Positions 12,790-25,736 of a DNA stretch of 64,000 bases are shown here, piece by piece. The notes beneath the pieces are model-generated. The model saw nothing but the letters and a program-made list of their open reading frames with translations. It made no database searches and was not told the origin of the DNA. A program made the translations under genes and the position numbers. The stretch comes from Octopus sinensis. Its lineage: Eukaryota. Where the stretch lies: the NCBI RefSeq assembly GCF_006345805.1, contig NC_043007.1, positions 34,658,001-34,722,000 on the forward strand, written 5' to 3'. Each line of letters begins with the position of its first letter. Within the stretch, counting starts at the first letter, position 1.

Positions 12790-12995
12790 AGTTAATCCAA
12801 ACAAGAAAACACAAAAAAAATCACAGCAACGCGAGGACGTGGAACAAATAAAGTATTATTGGACGCTCAGGAAAGAAGGGAAGGAGGGTTTAACGTTTCG
12901 AGCGGAGCTCTTCGTCGGAAACAAAGGAAAAGGAAAGATTCTGAGAAGGGAAGACAGAAGAAAAAAATTGCTGGCGGTGCTCACGAGGTCACAAC
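12790..12995 (-). repeat. Dispersed Penelope-like terminal-repeat-type sequence abutting (TA)n; partial second copy at ~48835-48917
   Basis: gttaatccaaacaagaaaacac...gacgtggaacaa..aaagtattattg is shared by both copies. This copy carries a hammerhead motif. The Penelope assignment is inferred from that motif. Confidence 0.55.
12888..12922 (-). ncRNA. Minimal type I hammerhead ribozyme motif (U4C core variant)
   Basis: Minus strand reads GUUU-CCGACGA-A-GAGC(ucc)GCUC-GAAA-CG-U-U-AAAC: stem I 4 bp, stem II 4 bp, palindromic ACGU stem III, H17=U. Confidence 0.65.
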
Positions 12996-13094
12996 AAAGA
13001 AACATACAAATCTGCATACATACATACATACATACATACATACATACATACATACATACATACATACATACATACATACATACATACAAACAAA

Positions 13095-13690
13095 AATACC
13101 CTGGAATGTATAACACACTGCCTAAATACCAATCTTGAGAAATTAGACTTCTCAAAGCCAGAAAGGAGAAAGCTAATTCGAAGGCTACAGATTCAGTCCA
13201 TCACTGGAACTGTAAAAATCTGTAAAATTTTCCAGAAGTTTATCACGCGGATAGGAAAGCCTTCTTTTTTCTATCGAGGGCTTATATACTCCTTTATTAG
13301 ACTATTTTCCTTAGCCATAAGCTTTAAGCTTATATAAAAATACCATTATTATTATTATTTACAGGATTGTAAAAATGGCACCGTATAAAAAAAAACATTC
13401 GCACCGAAAGCATATATGAGCATGTCTAGATATGTAACTCTACGCATGAGAATACATTCATTAAACATACAAATCTACACATACATACATACATACATAC
13501 ATACATACATACATACATACATACATACATACTACATACATACATACATACAAACAAAAATACCCTGTTGTTGATGTTGAAATTCCAATGAAGGAATCTT
13601 GGATCTTGGTTAGAAAGCGGTTCTTTCTCTATTAGCAAGAAATCTTGAAATAAACTGAATACTGACATCCGTACAAAATGCATACATACA
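13095..13690 (+). mobile_element. RLE-type (R2/R4/NeSL group) non-LTR retroposon 3' end, family 2
   Basis: LECITHCLNTNLEKLDFSKPERRKLIRRLQIQSITGTVKICKIFQKFIT plus a 3' UTR shared with 23708-24190. Flanked by (CATA)n on both sides; ~170 bp of extra sequence at ~13250-13420. Confidence 0.65.
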
Positions 13691-14244
13691 TAAATAAATA
13701 CAAAATGTATGCATACATGCTTACACATACACATACACAAAACAATATGCATAAATCGATACGGAGAGATTAGTAGGGATGGGTGCCGTTAGCTGATTCC
13801 ATTTGGGTCAGGTTTCTAGTTTGAAGATATATCACTTGCAGCTGTCTTCGAAGCCATGTAAGGAGGTACGAACACTGCGTTTTCTTCTGACTAAACGGAT
13901 AAGAAAATAACAATTAAAGTAAAGATTATTTGCCAACATAATGTAAAAGTCCTGGTTTGCACCCCTACTCAGCCCAAAGCAATGTCTGTGGACAGCGGAA
14001 GAGAAAATTCCAGAAACCGCGGTCCACAGATATTGCTTTGGGCTGAGTAGGGCTGCTAAGCTCCCCTGTTCGAGTGTCGTATAGCCAGCTGGAGACGATA
14101 TTTCTTGGGGCTAAAGTAACAGTAACATTGGTCCCAACCAGGACTGCCACATTATGTTGGCAAATAATCTTTACTTTAAAGTACTGTTTCTGTATGTCTC
14201 TCGTTGAGAGATTTCGAAATAATAAAGTTTCTGTTTACAATAAT

Positions 14245-15012
14245 AATTATTTCTACTAAAAGCACAAGGCCTTAAGTTTTTGTGAGGAAGGGACTAATCG
14301 ATTACATCGACCCCAGGGTTTCACTGGTATTTAATTTATCGACCCTGAAATTATGAAAGGCAAAGTCGACCTCGGCGGAATTTGAACTCAGAACGTAACA
14401 GCAGACGAAATACCTATTTCTTTATTACCCACAAGGGGCTAAACATAGAAGGGACAAACAAGGACACATAGGTATTAAGCCGATTACATCGACCCCAGTT
14501 GCGTAACTGGTACTTAATTATCGACCCTGAAGGATGAAAGGCAAAGTCGACCTCGGCGGAATTTGAACTCAGAACGTAACAGCAGACGAAATACCTATTT
14601 CTTTATTACCCACAAGGGGCTAAACATAGAAGGGACAAAACAAGACAGACATAGGTATTAAGCCGATTACACATCGACCCCAGTGCGTAACTGGTACTTA
14701 ATTTATCGACCCTGAAAGGATGAAAGGCAAAGTCGACCTCGGCGGAATTTGAACTCAGAACCTAACAGCAGACGAAATACCTATTTCTTTATTACCCACA
14801 AGGGGCTAAACATAGAAGGGACAAACAAGGACAGACATAGGTATTAAGCCGATTACATCGACCCCAGTGCGTAACTGGTACTTAATTTATCGACCCCGAA
14901 AGGATGAAAGGCAAAGTCGACCTCGGCGGAATTTGAACTCACAACGTTACGGCAGACGAATACTGCTAAGCATTTCGCCCAGCGTGCTAACGTTTCTGCC
15001 AGCTCGCCGCCT
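14245..15012 (-). repeat. Head-to-tail array of SINE-C bodies (one head, four cores)
   Basis: Units start tacctatttc at 14411, 14592 and 14778 (periods 181 and 186 bp); the single head ends at ~15010. Confidence 0.9.
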
Positions 15013-15866
15013 TACGATGCGAAAATAATAATAACATTTAAAACATTCCACAAGTTTAGTCTGTTGTTTGTAGATATACACATCTATAGACATACAAACA
15101 ATCGTTCCTGTACACGTAAGTTGGGGAAAACATACAAAATCACATATGCAATAAGATTCATACATGCACATCCATACATTCGTGGACCCACATACATATA
15201 TATAGGTATTCCTCAACCTAAGTCGTTAATTGGTTCCAGGAAATACGACTTGAGTCGAAAAATGACTTTAGCCGAATCGCTTGTCCATGGCCTGGCCTAG
15301 CCTAAACTGCTAATAGACATTCCCAAGTGCTGTATTTTATTTATGAATGTATTTTCGATAAGACGTGGTAAATAAAAACCTATTTTAAGTTTACAAATAA
15401 ATGTATTTATTATTTTGTAATACAGTAAAAAGAAAAAAAAAACTAAAGTATTTTAAATTTACCAATACGTACAGTTTGGTAGTGTTTACATTTCTAATAG
15501 TCATTCCCCAGCACTGTACTTTATGAATGCATTTTCAATAAGACATGGTTAATAAAAAGCTATATTCAGCTTACAAACAAATAATTATTTTGTAAATTTT
15601 ATTTGCTTTAGTGAACTTACACTACACTACTTTATGGTGTGTATTTTAGCATTTATTGTATTTTGATATGATTTTATATGCATTTATTCTTATTTATTGT
15701 AACATGATTTTATGTGCTTTTAATATTTTTTAGCGATTTTACGATTCCACTATTATTGGAGGACCGACGTAATGGCGAGCAAAATGAACTTAACTTGATT
15801 TTTATTTTTCCATATATCATTATTGAAAACCTACCTATCTTCGAGAACGACTTAAGCCGAGTATCA

Positions 15867-15913
<47 letters not shown>

Positions 15914-16126
15914 ATATATATATGTATAAATATATATATATATATTAAATATATATATATATCTAATAGATTTATATATATATAAATATCAGAATAATAT
16001 ATATATATCATAATAGGTATATATATATATATAGATTAATCAATATAGGGTTGCAAAAATTTGTAGAATTTTTTTCCACCAGCGGCCTAGTGGGAAATTA
16101 AATAGTCATAGCCTTTTAAAGTCCAA

Positions 16127-16836
16127 CATCACACTCAAGGAACGCCATAATAGTCCATTCAACCCCTCGAAATAACAGCCAAAATTTTAATAACCGCAAA
16201 ATAACAGCATTCCGTAAACCAGGAGAATTCAAAAACATTTACCCCTGTACTTTCTTAGACGATGCACCGATTTTCGTCTACTGTTTAATGGTAACTAACC
16301 TTATTGAATTAAATCAAAAGCCAATCTACCATAGGCCCTTAGATTGTCAGTAGAAATTAAAAAGTCGGAACAGATATTTTCACTAGGCTTCCCTTTCCCT
16401 GCCTCGGCAAAAAAATCTGACCAAATTTTTGAAATCATCGCACTCGCCGCCAATTTATGCACCAATAAAATATAATGGAATCGGCGGCTTCTATTTATTT
16501 GCTGCCGATAAATTTTGCGCGAGTGCGATGATTTTGAAAATTTTAGGTCAGATATTGCCGAGGCAGGGACGGGAATGCCTCGTGAAAAATATCTGTTCCG
16601 ACTTGGCTATTTCTTACTGATGAATCTAAGGGCCTATGGTAGATTGGCTTGATTTAATTTAATCAGTTAGTTTTACCATTAAACAGTAGACGAAACGGTG
16701 CTCGTATAAGAAATTACAGGGTAAATGTTTTTTAATTTTCTCCTGGTTTACGGAATTGATGTTATTTTGCGGTTAAAGCTTTTGGCTGTTATTTCTAGTG
16801 GGTGAATGGCCTATTATGGCCGTTCCTTGATTGTGA

Positions 16837-16838
<2 letters not shown>
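16127..16838. repeat. 712-bp foldback (imperfect palindrome)
   Basis: Left arm catcacactcaaggaacgccataatagtccattc... pairs with ...gaatggcctattatggccgttccttgattgtgatg. Pairing continues inward to a ~20-nt centre near 16475-16495. Confidence 0.9.
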
Positions 16839-16883
<45 letters not shown>

Positions 16884-17076
16884 TATATTGGGAGAGAGAG
16901 GGTTTGAAAAGGTTAAATGAAAGAGCTCACAAAATTTCCCCAAAAAGGTTAATAACAACCTCATAAAAGATTTCATGACATTTCTTTAAAAAATAATATT
17001 TAAAAAAATAATTTTTTTGAAAATCACCTTTACACTTCAAAAACTGTATTAAGTAATTCTCATAGACTTCCACTGT

Positions 17077-17116
<40 letters not shown>

Positions 17117-17208
17117 TGTGTGTGCGTGTGTGTGTATATTTATGTATAAGTGTGTCTATTTGTGTGTATAATATATATGTGTGGATGTACATATATATAT
17201 ATATATAT

Positions 17209-20200
17209 AAAACTTAGATAAAACTTAGATATGTTTCGACCAGAGATTAGTCCAGGCCATGTCTAACTTAATAGCACCACCTGATAGGATTATTCGAATC
17301 CTGTTTAAGTCAAGTTTTGTTCAAGTAGTGAGTTCATGTTGGGTGAGTTGTATCCAGTTTTGTTCAAGTAGTGAGTTCTTGTTGGGTGAGTTGTATCCAA
17401 TTATGGGTGGCTTGTCTGGTATTCTTTGAAGGAATCTATCCAGACTCTGTTTGAAGTTGATGGATCCTTTTCCTCTTTGATCTCCCTCGGGACAATGTTA
17501 AATAGGGCAGAGCCTGTTGAGGAAAGGAAATTATGTTGCAGTGTACATGTATGTTGTGATCTTGATTTGGCAGGGGACGTATAGCCCGTGGTCCAAGTCT
17601 CGGATGAACCTTGAAGCTAATGTTTAGGTCGTTTGGGCAAAGTTGGCGGTATATTTTCCACATCGTACAAATGATGTACCGCTCACGGCGACGCTGGAGG
17701 GAGTAAAGTTTCAAGGCTTTAAGGCGATCCCAGTAGTCGAGAGCAGCCATGCCTTCAATTTGTTTAGTGAGAGCCCTCTGGGGTGACTCAATTCTGGAGA
17801 TGTTTTGTCTTGTGTGAGGAGACCACAGTGGGGCAGCAGCAGTATTCAAGGTGTGGCCGTACAAAGGATGAAAAAAGTGGTATGATGACACCTGTTCTCT
17901 GGACCGGAAAGTTCTTAAGATCCAGGAACTCATCCTACGAGCTGTATCGACCTTCTTGTTGATGTGTGCACTCCAACTGAGATCGTCATCAACATTACAC
18001 CCAGGTCTCTGATATTGTTAGAGGCTGTGAGCGGTTCCCCTGAAGGAAGAGAGTATGGTGGTTTTAGTGAGGAATTTCTTCCAAAATGCATCAGCTCAAA
18101 TTTTCCCTCATTCAGTTGCATTTTGTTTCTGTCTGCCCATTGACTCACAGCATATAGGTCAGACTGGAGTTGAGTTCGGTCTGCTTCTTCATTGACGATT
18201 TGCTGGAGCTTAGTGTCATCAGCGAATATTTTCACTTGCAGTGATGTACGACACTGGAAAGGTCGTTTACATAAATTATGAAGAGTAGCGGACCCAAAAC
18301 AGTTCCCTGGGGAACACCGCTGGTGACTTTTGCTGGGTTTGAGTGGACTCCATCAACTACAACATGTTGTGTTCTATTCGCTAGGAAATACTGAATCCAG
18401 TGTAGAACTTTTCCACGGATTCCAACATTTGCCAATTTTGAGAGTAGGATGTTATGGTCTACCCTGTCGAACGCTTTACTGAAGTCAATGTATATGACGT
18501 CAGAGTTCGAACCTGTTCCCAAGGCTTTGAGTACATCTTCAATGTGGTGTAAGAGCTGTGTTAGACAGTCCCTGCCACAGCGAAAGCCATGTTGATTTGA
18601 ATTTAGGAGTTTGTGGGTCTCCAGGAAGTCAGCTATCCTTGATCTTAACACTCTTTCAAACACTTTAATGATGTGGGAGGTGAGTGAGATTGGGCGATAG
18701 TTGACTGCGAGGGATGACCGACTGGGATAGAAACTTTTTCGGTATATAACCTGCGTCTAACGAGTTTCTCCAGAGGTTGGTCAGAGGGACTGCAAGTTGA
18801 TATCTACATTCCTTCAGGAGACTGGCGGGAAATCTATCAGGGCCTACAGCAGAGTAATGTTTGACCTCATTTATTGCTGCTACGATGTCGGTGGCAGTGA
18901 AGGTTATGTCTGCGATTTTGTGTTGGGAGTCAGCTTCGTTCGTTTCCCTCACATCAATATCAGTGGGAACACTGAAGACAGAGCAATATTGTTTCTGCAG
19001 TATTTCTGCCATTTCTTTAGCATCGTGTGGGGAATGCCGTTTTCATCAATCAATGGCCCAATAGGTGAGACAGTGGTTCTATGCTTATTTGCATAAGAAT
19101 AGACAACATTTTGGGTTCTGTTTGATGTTTTTGATTACCCATTGTTCCTCCCAGCTCTTTGATTTTCAATGGAGGTTTTCATGTTAGTCTGCAGATGAAG
19201 TTTTTCCAGCTCTAGTCTTTTCATTGTTGTTGAATGTGGATGTTGCGTGTGGGAATATTTTAATTGGTTGATTTTTTTTGTGAGTCTTTTGATGCGCCTG
19301 ATGAGTGTTTTTTTCTTTTTAGGGAGCCGGTTTCTGTTTGTGTTAGTAGATTTTTGGGAGCGTGTTTAGAGCATGTGTCGGTGACAATGGTTTCAAAGTG
19401 CTGCCACGCGGTCTCAATATGAGGGGAATTGAGAGTAAAAGACCAGTCGATGGAAGACAGATCCTTTCTGATTGTTCCCCAGTCCGCTTTGTGGAAATTT
19501 ATGTTGTCAAATGGGTGCCATGGAGTGGGATTGCTGGTTGGGTTTTTATACGTCGGGAATTAGATTGCAGAGTACCATGTCGTGGTCTGAGAGGAGAGTT
19601 TTTTCGACTGAAATGCTGTGAACGTAGCTAGAGTGATTGGTCAGTACCAGATCCAAGATCGTTTTATTCTGTCTCGTTGGTTCAAGCACTAGCTGAGTCA
19701 GGAAATACTCATCCATCAGATTAAAGAGCAGTTCTGCTGCTGCCCTATCTGATGTAGAGCACTTGCCTAACTTCGGAGTATTTGTGGGCCAGTTCACATG
19801 ACTATCACTATTATGTTTCCGGAGTGGTACTTCCGAAGGAAGGCGTTGACTTTGCTAAGGCACTCTTTAAAGTACTTTAGAGGTGCCTGGGGAGGCCTGT
19901 AAAGACCAACAATGGTTATGTCCTTGGCTTTGTTGTATACTGATACCGATTCACAGTAGCCATTGGAAAATGTGTCCTTGGCATCAAGTGAAAAGGAGTC
20001 ATGGATAAAGATGGCTGTCCCTCCCTTATTTCGGTCTGTGCGATCCGCACGAACAATGTGTGAAATCTTTTTTTTCACCTCTGCGCGTCCATATGGGTGT
20101 TGTTCAGGTGAGTCTCGGTAAGGATAAAGAAAGGGAAGCAATGTGCCATTTCGGCAAGCCAACTCTCTATATATGGGATCTTCCATTTTTGGGCAATAAT

Positions 20201-20360
20201 TGATGGGTTGATGCCACGTACATTTAACAGGAATGTCGAGGTAAGGGAAGTTGGTAATGGGTGAGTGGTCCTTGTGATTGCATAGATGGTTGGGAGGCTC
20301 GCTGGATCTCCTGGCTTAGGTCGGCCTTCATATTTTCCAGGTATGTCATGTCAAAAAAGA

Positions 20361-20362
<2 letters not shown>
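17209..20362 (-). mobile_element. CR1-group LINE: ORF1 tail remnant, near-complete frameshifted ORF2 (APE + RT) and 3' UTR
   Basis: APE motifs LNVRG, ILTETHL, GGTAIF, GLYRPP, LDLVLTN, SDH. RT motifs NQHGFR, YIDFSKAFDRV, GVPQGTVLGPLLF, IFADDTKL. C-terminal LFNIVP..FKQSLDRFL..IPD. Terminal (atctaagtttt)x2 at 17209-17230; 43-bp tandem duplication at 17314-17399. Confidence 0.93.
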
Positions 20363-20394
<32 letters not shown>

Positions 20395-20398
<4 letters not shown>

Positions 20399-20750
20399 GT
20401 CTTCGTAAGCCGTTCTTCAGAATACGCTCAAATGAATTTTTCCACCGTCTAGGCTTAAAAAAGTCCTTATTGTTGGTTTCCTTGTCCTGTCTTTTATTGT
20501 TTTATCTTTATTTGTACTGTTTTTTTCTTTATTTGTATTGCTTTTACGTCCTGTTCTTGTCACCTTTTTTTACCCCTCCGCAAAATTTTTTTATATAATT
20601 CGCTTTGCGGGAAGGACTGTGTCAAAGTAGTCGTGTTCTTCTCTTACCTTCGAAACACGCAATGAGTCGAAACAGGGGCAGCTGAAGAAGGGGAATGTCC
20701 CTTGTGTTGTTTGTCTTGTACTCTGTTTTTTCGTTGTTAAAAAAAGTCCG
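20395..20750. repeat. Dispersed repeat adjacent to (TA)n; opposite-strand relative at ~35500-35750
   Basis: gggaaggactg..tcaa, ttgcggagggt and gaaacaggg.ca.ctgaagaag blocks are shared between the two sites. Confidence 0.6.
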
Positions 20751-20830
20751 GCTAAAACAATGCGAAGCGCATTGTGACCAGCGATGTGTAGCAACATCTG
20801 ATAGCCTGGTCGGTCTCGGTGATCACGGTG

Positions 20831-20883
<53 letters not shown>

Positions 20884-21500
20884 CACACGCAACGGGTTTC
20901 CAATCAGATCCATCTACTAAATTCATTCACAAGGCAAATGTCGGCCCAAGGTGCCGCGAGGCGGGACTGAACCCGAAACGACATCGTTCCAAAGCGATCT
21001 TCTGAACCACATAACCATACTTACTTAATTGTAACATCTTTGCCTCATCTGTAATGAAACAATTGTCAAGGTCTTATAATGTTTGTCTTTTGTTTTGTTT
21101 TTAATACATTCTCCATCGTTTGTAACTGTGTTATATTCTACGCACTCAGTTTTATAAGTTTCTTCACCGAAAATAATTCTTTTAGATATGACGGGTTCCT
21201 AGCTTCGGCAAATGAGCTATTTTCACAGGAAAGATGCCTGAATCTCTAAAACAATAAATCTATAGTACATGTGAACTTAGATAAGTAATTCTATTTGAAC
21301 CACTTTTCACCGTTTACCCGTAAGAAATATCTAAACTTTAAAAGTACACACACACAAACACACACAACTATATATATATGCATACGTGCATACATGCATA
21401 CATACATACATACATAAATACATACATACATACATACGTACATACATACATACGTACGTACATACATACATACTTGTATACACACACACACACACACACA

Positions 21501-21577
<77 letters not shown>

Positions 21578-22265
21578 TACACGCACGCACATATATAAAA
21601 CAAAATATATTATATAAAAAATATTTCCATAGCAGTTTAATAAAATTTGTAAATTTTGCAGATAAAATGTCAAACTGAAATCGCATGAAAACAATAAAAT
21701 AGTATATTGATATCTAAAAAAAAAAAAGAAAAGAAAAACGAACTTTGTCTGGAAGACTAAACAATTAATTTGTATTTGCAATTTTACGAGGCATAAAATT
21801 ATTTTGAATGCAATAAAAAAAGGACATGTAAAAGAACTTAGCTTCCTAAAATGTTGCTAACTGGGAAATAAATAACAAAAAAAAAAAAGAAAAATTCATG
21901 GAAAACGAAAATCTATTTGATGATACAAGTGAGAACAAGAAGAGAAAAATAAACACCAACGATGCTATTTTCAAAACCAAAATATATTTTATTCTATTCA
22001 GTGTTGCCATTTCATGTATTCTTTTATCCGTTTCACTCATTTACCTGTTGCCAAGCTGGAGCACCACGTTCAAGAATTTGATATAAAAAAATTTCGTCCC
22101 TAGATCTAATTTTTCTGAAAGTCTGGTACATATTTTAGCTGTCTTCTTTATTTTTTGTTTAATCGTTAAGGTAAGCGAACGTAAGCAAACCAACAACGCT
22201 GGTTGTCAAGTGTTGGGGACAAACCACACACAGAAAGAAGGTCATACACACACACACACACACAT

Positions 22266-22307
<42 letters not shown>

Positions 22308-22791
22308 TAGAAGGTTTGGAGATGATGTACAAGTATTTTATATTAGAAGAAATGAGGTACTGGATGGTTTTATATTTACAGATATTTATTAGTATGTTAC
22401 ATGTTTTGATAAATTATATATCATATATTAGCGCTATTGTTCACTCTAGTGAACATATATATATATATATATATATATCCGGGCTTTCGCCTATCAAATC
22501 CACTCGCAAAATATTTGTCGGCTCAAGGCACCAGCCGGTAGTGACACGGAAGTGGAAACCAAGTGGTTTCGAAGCATATTAATTCTACAGAGAAAAATCA
22601 TTGTTATTTCTTTACTTAACCATCGTACCGAGAAACAATTGGTGCGAATGAAAATGGTTTTAAGTGGCTTAAATGTCAAACTTACACTTGAACTAAATAG
22701 AACGATTTCCTAAATGAGCTTAAGGAAATCGTTCGTAGCCATTAATCTCCACATAATAAATTAGGGTCCATCGTAACAACGACCTACATAA

Positions 22792-22837
<46 letters not shown>

Positions 22838-22977
22838 ATATTCTTTGTAAGCCTAGTACTTATTCTATCGGTCTCTATTGCCGAACCGCTCAGTTATGGG
22901 ACGTAAACATACCACCATCGGTTGTCAATCGATGGTGGAGGGACAAACACAGACACACAAAGATACACACACACACT

Positions 22978-23025
<48 letters not shown>

Positions 23026-23122
23026 GACACTTACACATGATGCCACGCAGTGGGACTAAACCCGAAACCATATGGTTGGTAAGCGAGCTAATTACCACAC
23101 AGCCACTACTGCGCCTACATAT

Positions 23123-23183
<61 letters not shown>

Positions 23184-23707
23184 TCTTTTATTCTTTTATT
23201 TGTTTCATCCATTTGACTGCGGCCATGCTGGACCACCACCTTAAAGGGTTTTAGTCAAAGAAATCGACCCCAGGACTTATTCTTTGTAAGCCTGGTGCTT
23301 ATTCTATCCGTTTCTTTTGTCGAGCCGCTGCGCTACGGAAACATAAACACAACAACATCGATTGTGAAGCAATCGTGTTGGGCGACTCAAAGACTCATAC
23401 ACATATATACATACGACAGGCTTCTTTCAGTTTCCGCCAACCAAATCCACTCACCATGCTTTGGTCAGCCTGAGGCTATGGTAGAAGATACTTGCCCTAT
23501 ATATCTATATAGTTTATAGATTGGAGACAGGTGTTCATTGCATGGAATACACTTCGTAGTGTTCAAGAGATTTGAACTTGAGCAGATAGAGGAGTAAATG
23601 TAAGGACAAGCAAGTTAAGCAAGCCGTTTTGCAAAAAAATATTAAATACATTTCATACAAAAAATGTATATATGTTTGTATGCATATAAAAAAATCCGAG
23701 TTTCACA

Positions 23708-24190
23708 GACTATATGTATGTAAGTCATTGTTCAGTTTTATTTCATGATCTCTTGCCAATAGAGAAAGAGCCGGTTTCTAACCTAGATCCAAGGCTCCTT
23801 CACTGGAATTTCAACATCAACAGAGTATTTTTGAGTGTATGTATGCATCTATGTATATGTGCTTTATGTATATTGCTTTATGTATGTATTCTCATACATA
23901 TAGTTGCCTATCTAGACACGCTTATATATATATTTAAGTGATAAACTTCTGGAAAATTTTACAGATTTTTACAGTTCCAGTGATGGATTGGATCCGCAGT
24001 CTTCGAATTAGCTTTCTCCTTTCTGGTTTTGAGAAGCCAAATTTCTCGTAGGTATTTAGGCAATGTGTTACATATTCCAGGGCCCAAATAATTACATGTA
24101 TAAACCTGAACCTGTAATCTGGATAGAGTAACTGCAGATTTCTCAATAGTTCAGCATAGGTGCTCTCTTTTTCACTGATGTGTATATCTT
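23708..24190 (-). mobile_element. RLE-type non-LTR retroposon 3' end, family 2 (second copy)
   Basis: IHISEKESTYAELLRNLQLLYPDYRFRFIHVIIWALEYVTHCLNTYEKFGFSKPERRKLIRRLRIQSITGTVKICKIFQKFIT*; 3' UTR ends ...tgacttacatacat. Confidence 0.65.
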
Positions 24191-24566
24191 TTACTTATTT
24201 TAGTCCTTGCAATGCTGCCATACCGAAGCACCACCTTGAAGGGTTTTAGTCTAACGAATCAGCCCGAGTACCTAATTTTTGTTTTTAATCCTGGTAGTTA
24301 TTCTAACGGTTTCTTATGTCGAACCGCTAAGTTATGGTGACTTAAAACAAACGAACACCGGATGTGAAGCACTGGTGGAAAAATCATAAACACAAATACA
24401 CATAGATAAACACACACACACACACACACACACACATATGCTGGGCTTCTCCCAGTTTCCGTCTACCAAGTTCACTTATAAGGCTTTGGACAGTCTGAAC
24501 TCGAAACTGAGTGATTGGAAGTAAAATTCTTATCACACACTCACTTATTCATTCAAACACACATAC

Positions 24567-24642
<76 letters not shown>

Positions 24643-24916
24643 AAAGAAGCGCGTCGTATATATGTATATGTGTATATATGTGTTTGTGTGTCTGTGTTTG
24701 TCCTCCCAACATCGCTTGACAACCGATGCTGGTGTGTTTACGTCCCCGTAACTTAGCGGTTCGGCAAAAGAGACCGATAGAATAAGTACTAGGCTTATAA
24801 AGAATAAGTCCTGGGGGGTCGATTTGCTTGACTAAAGGTGGTGCTCCAGCATGGCCACAGTCAAATGACTGAAACAAGTAAAAGAGTAAAAGAGTATATG
24901 TGTGTGTGTGTGTGTG

Positions 24917-24949
<33 letters not shown>

Positions 24950-25489
24950 TGTGTGTGTGTGTGTGTGTATTGTATAATACAAGTGTTGTTAGTAATGCAT
25001 TATGATTTTCAATTTCATTCTATGGTTAAGATAGCGTCTGTTAATGTTACATACAGAGATAGTAACAGAATGATATTGAATATGTGTCTGTGCGCGCTTG
25101 TGTATGTGTGTATATGTACATACGTCTGGGTGGGTGAGTGTCTGTGCGTCTTTGTGTGTATGTGTGCGTTCACCTTTTAACATACCAGCCTAATTTAGTT
25201 AGCGTAATCAAAGCAACATCGCTCTCATCTCTTTCAATCAGTACTGAAATGAGATAAGCGAGTCAGAGTTGGGAAGGCAGTCAGTCACGTGGTTTGCGAA
25301 AGCTCTCCAGGTCTCGAACGGAACCGATTCGACAAACCGATAATCGCCTGTTTCATCTAACGTTGTCCAGCAGCTATTATAACATATTTCACCACATTCC
25401 CTACACGCCCCCACACATATTTACCACAGTCGCTACACTACTCACCTGATCTGAACACTAGCGTTTTTATGGGGTTTTTTTTTGTTTAC

Positions 25490-25705
25490 TCTTTTTCTCT
25501 TTTACTCTTTTACTTGTTTCAGTCATTTGACTGCGGCCATATTGGAGCACCGCCTTTAGTCGGGCAAATTGACCCCGGGACTTATTCTTTGTAAGCCCAG
25601 TACTTATTCTATCGGTCTCTTTTGCCGAACCGCTAAGTGACGGGGACGTAAACACACCAGCATCGGTTTTCAGGCAATGCTAGGGGGACAAACACAGACA
25701 CACAA

Positions 25706-25736
<31 letters not shown>

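Noticed and set aside
14245-15012. CRISPR-like or satellite reading of the regular array
   Set aside because: The units are whole SINE-C bodies without unique spacers, there are no cas genes, and the context is eukaryotic.
16046-16060. TAGGGTTGC as a hAT terminus for the foldback element
   Set aside because: No matching right terminus or 8-bp TSD was found.
20645-20700. Hammerhead candidate gaaac...gtc...ctgaaga; also ctgatga at 46742, 52135 and 58360
   Set aside because: The required stems or the downstream GAAA cannot be formed.
22700-22734. 12-bp perfect inverted repeat gaacgatttcct/aggaaatcgttc
   Set aside because: Isolated and short; plausible by chance in 64 kb of AT-rich DNA. A bacterial-terminator reading does not apply.
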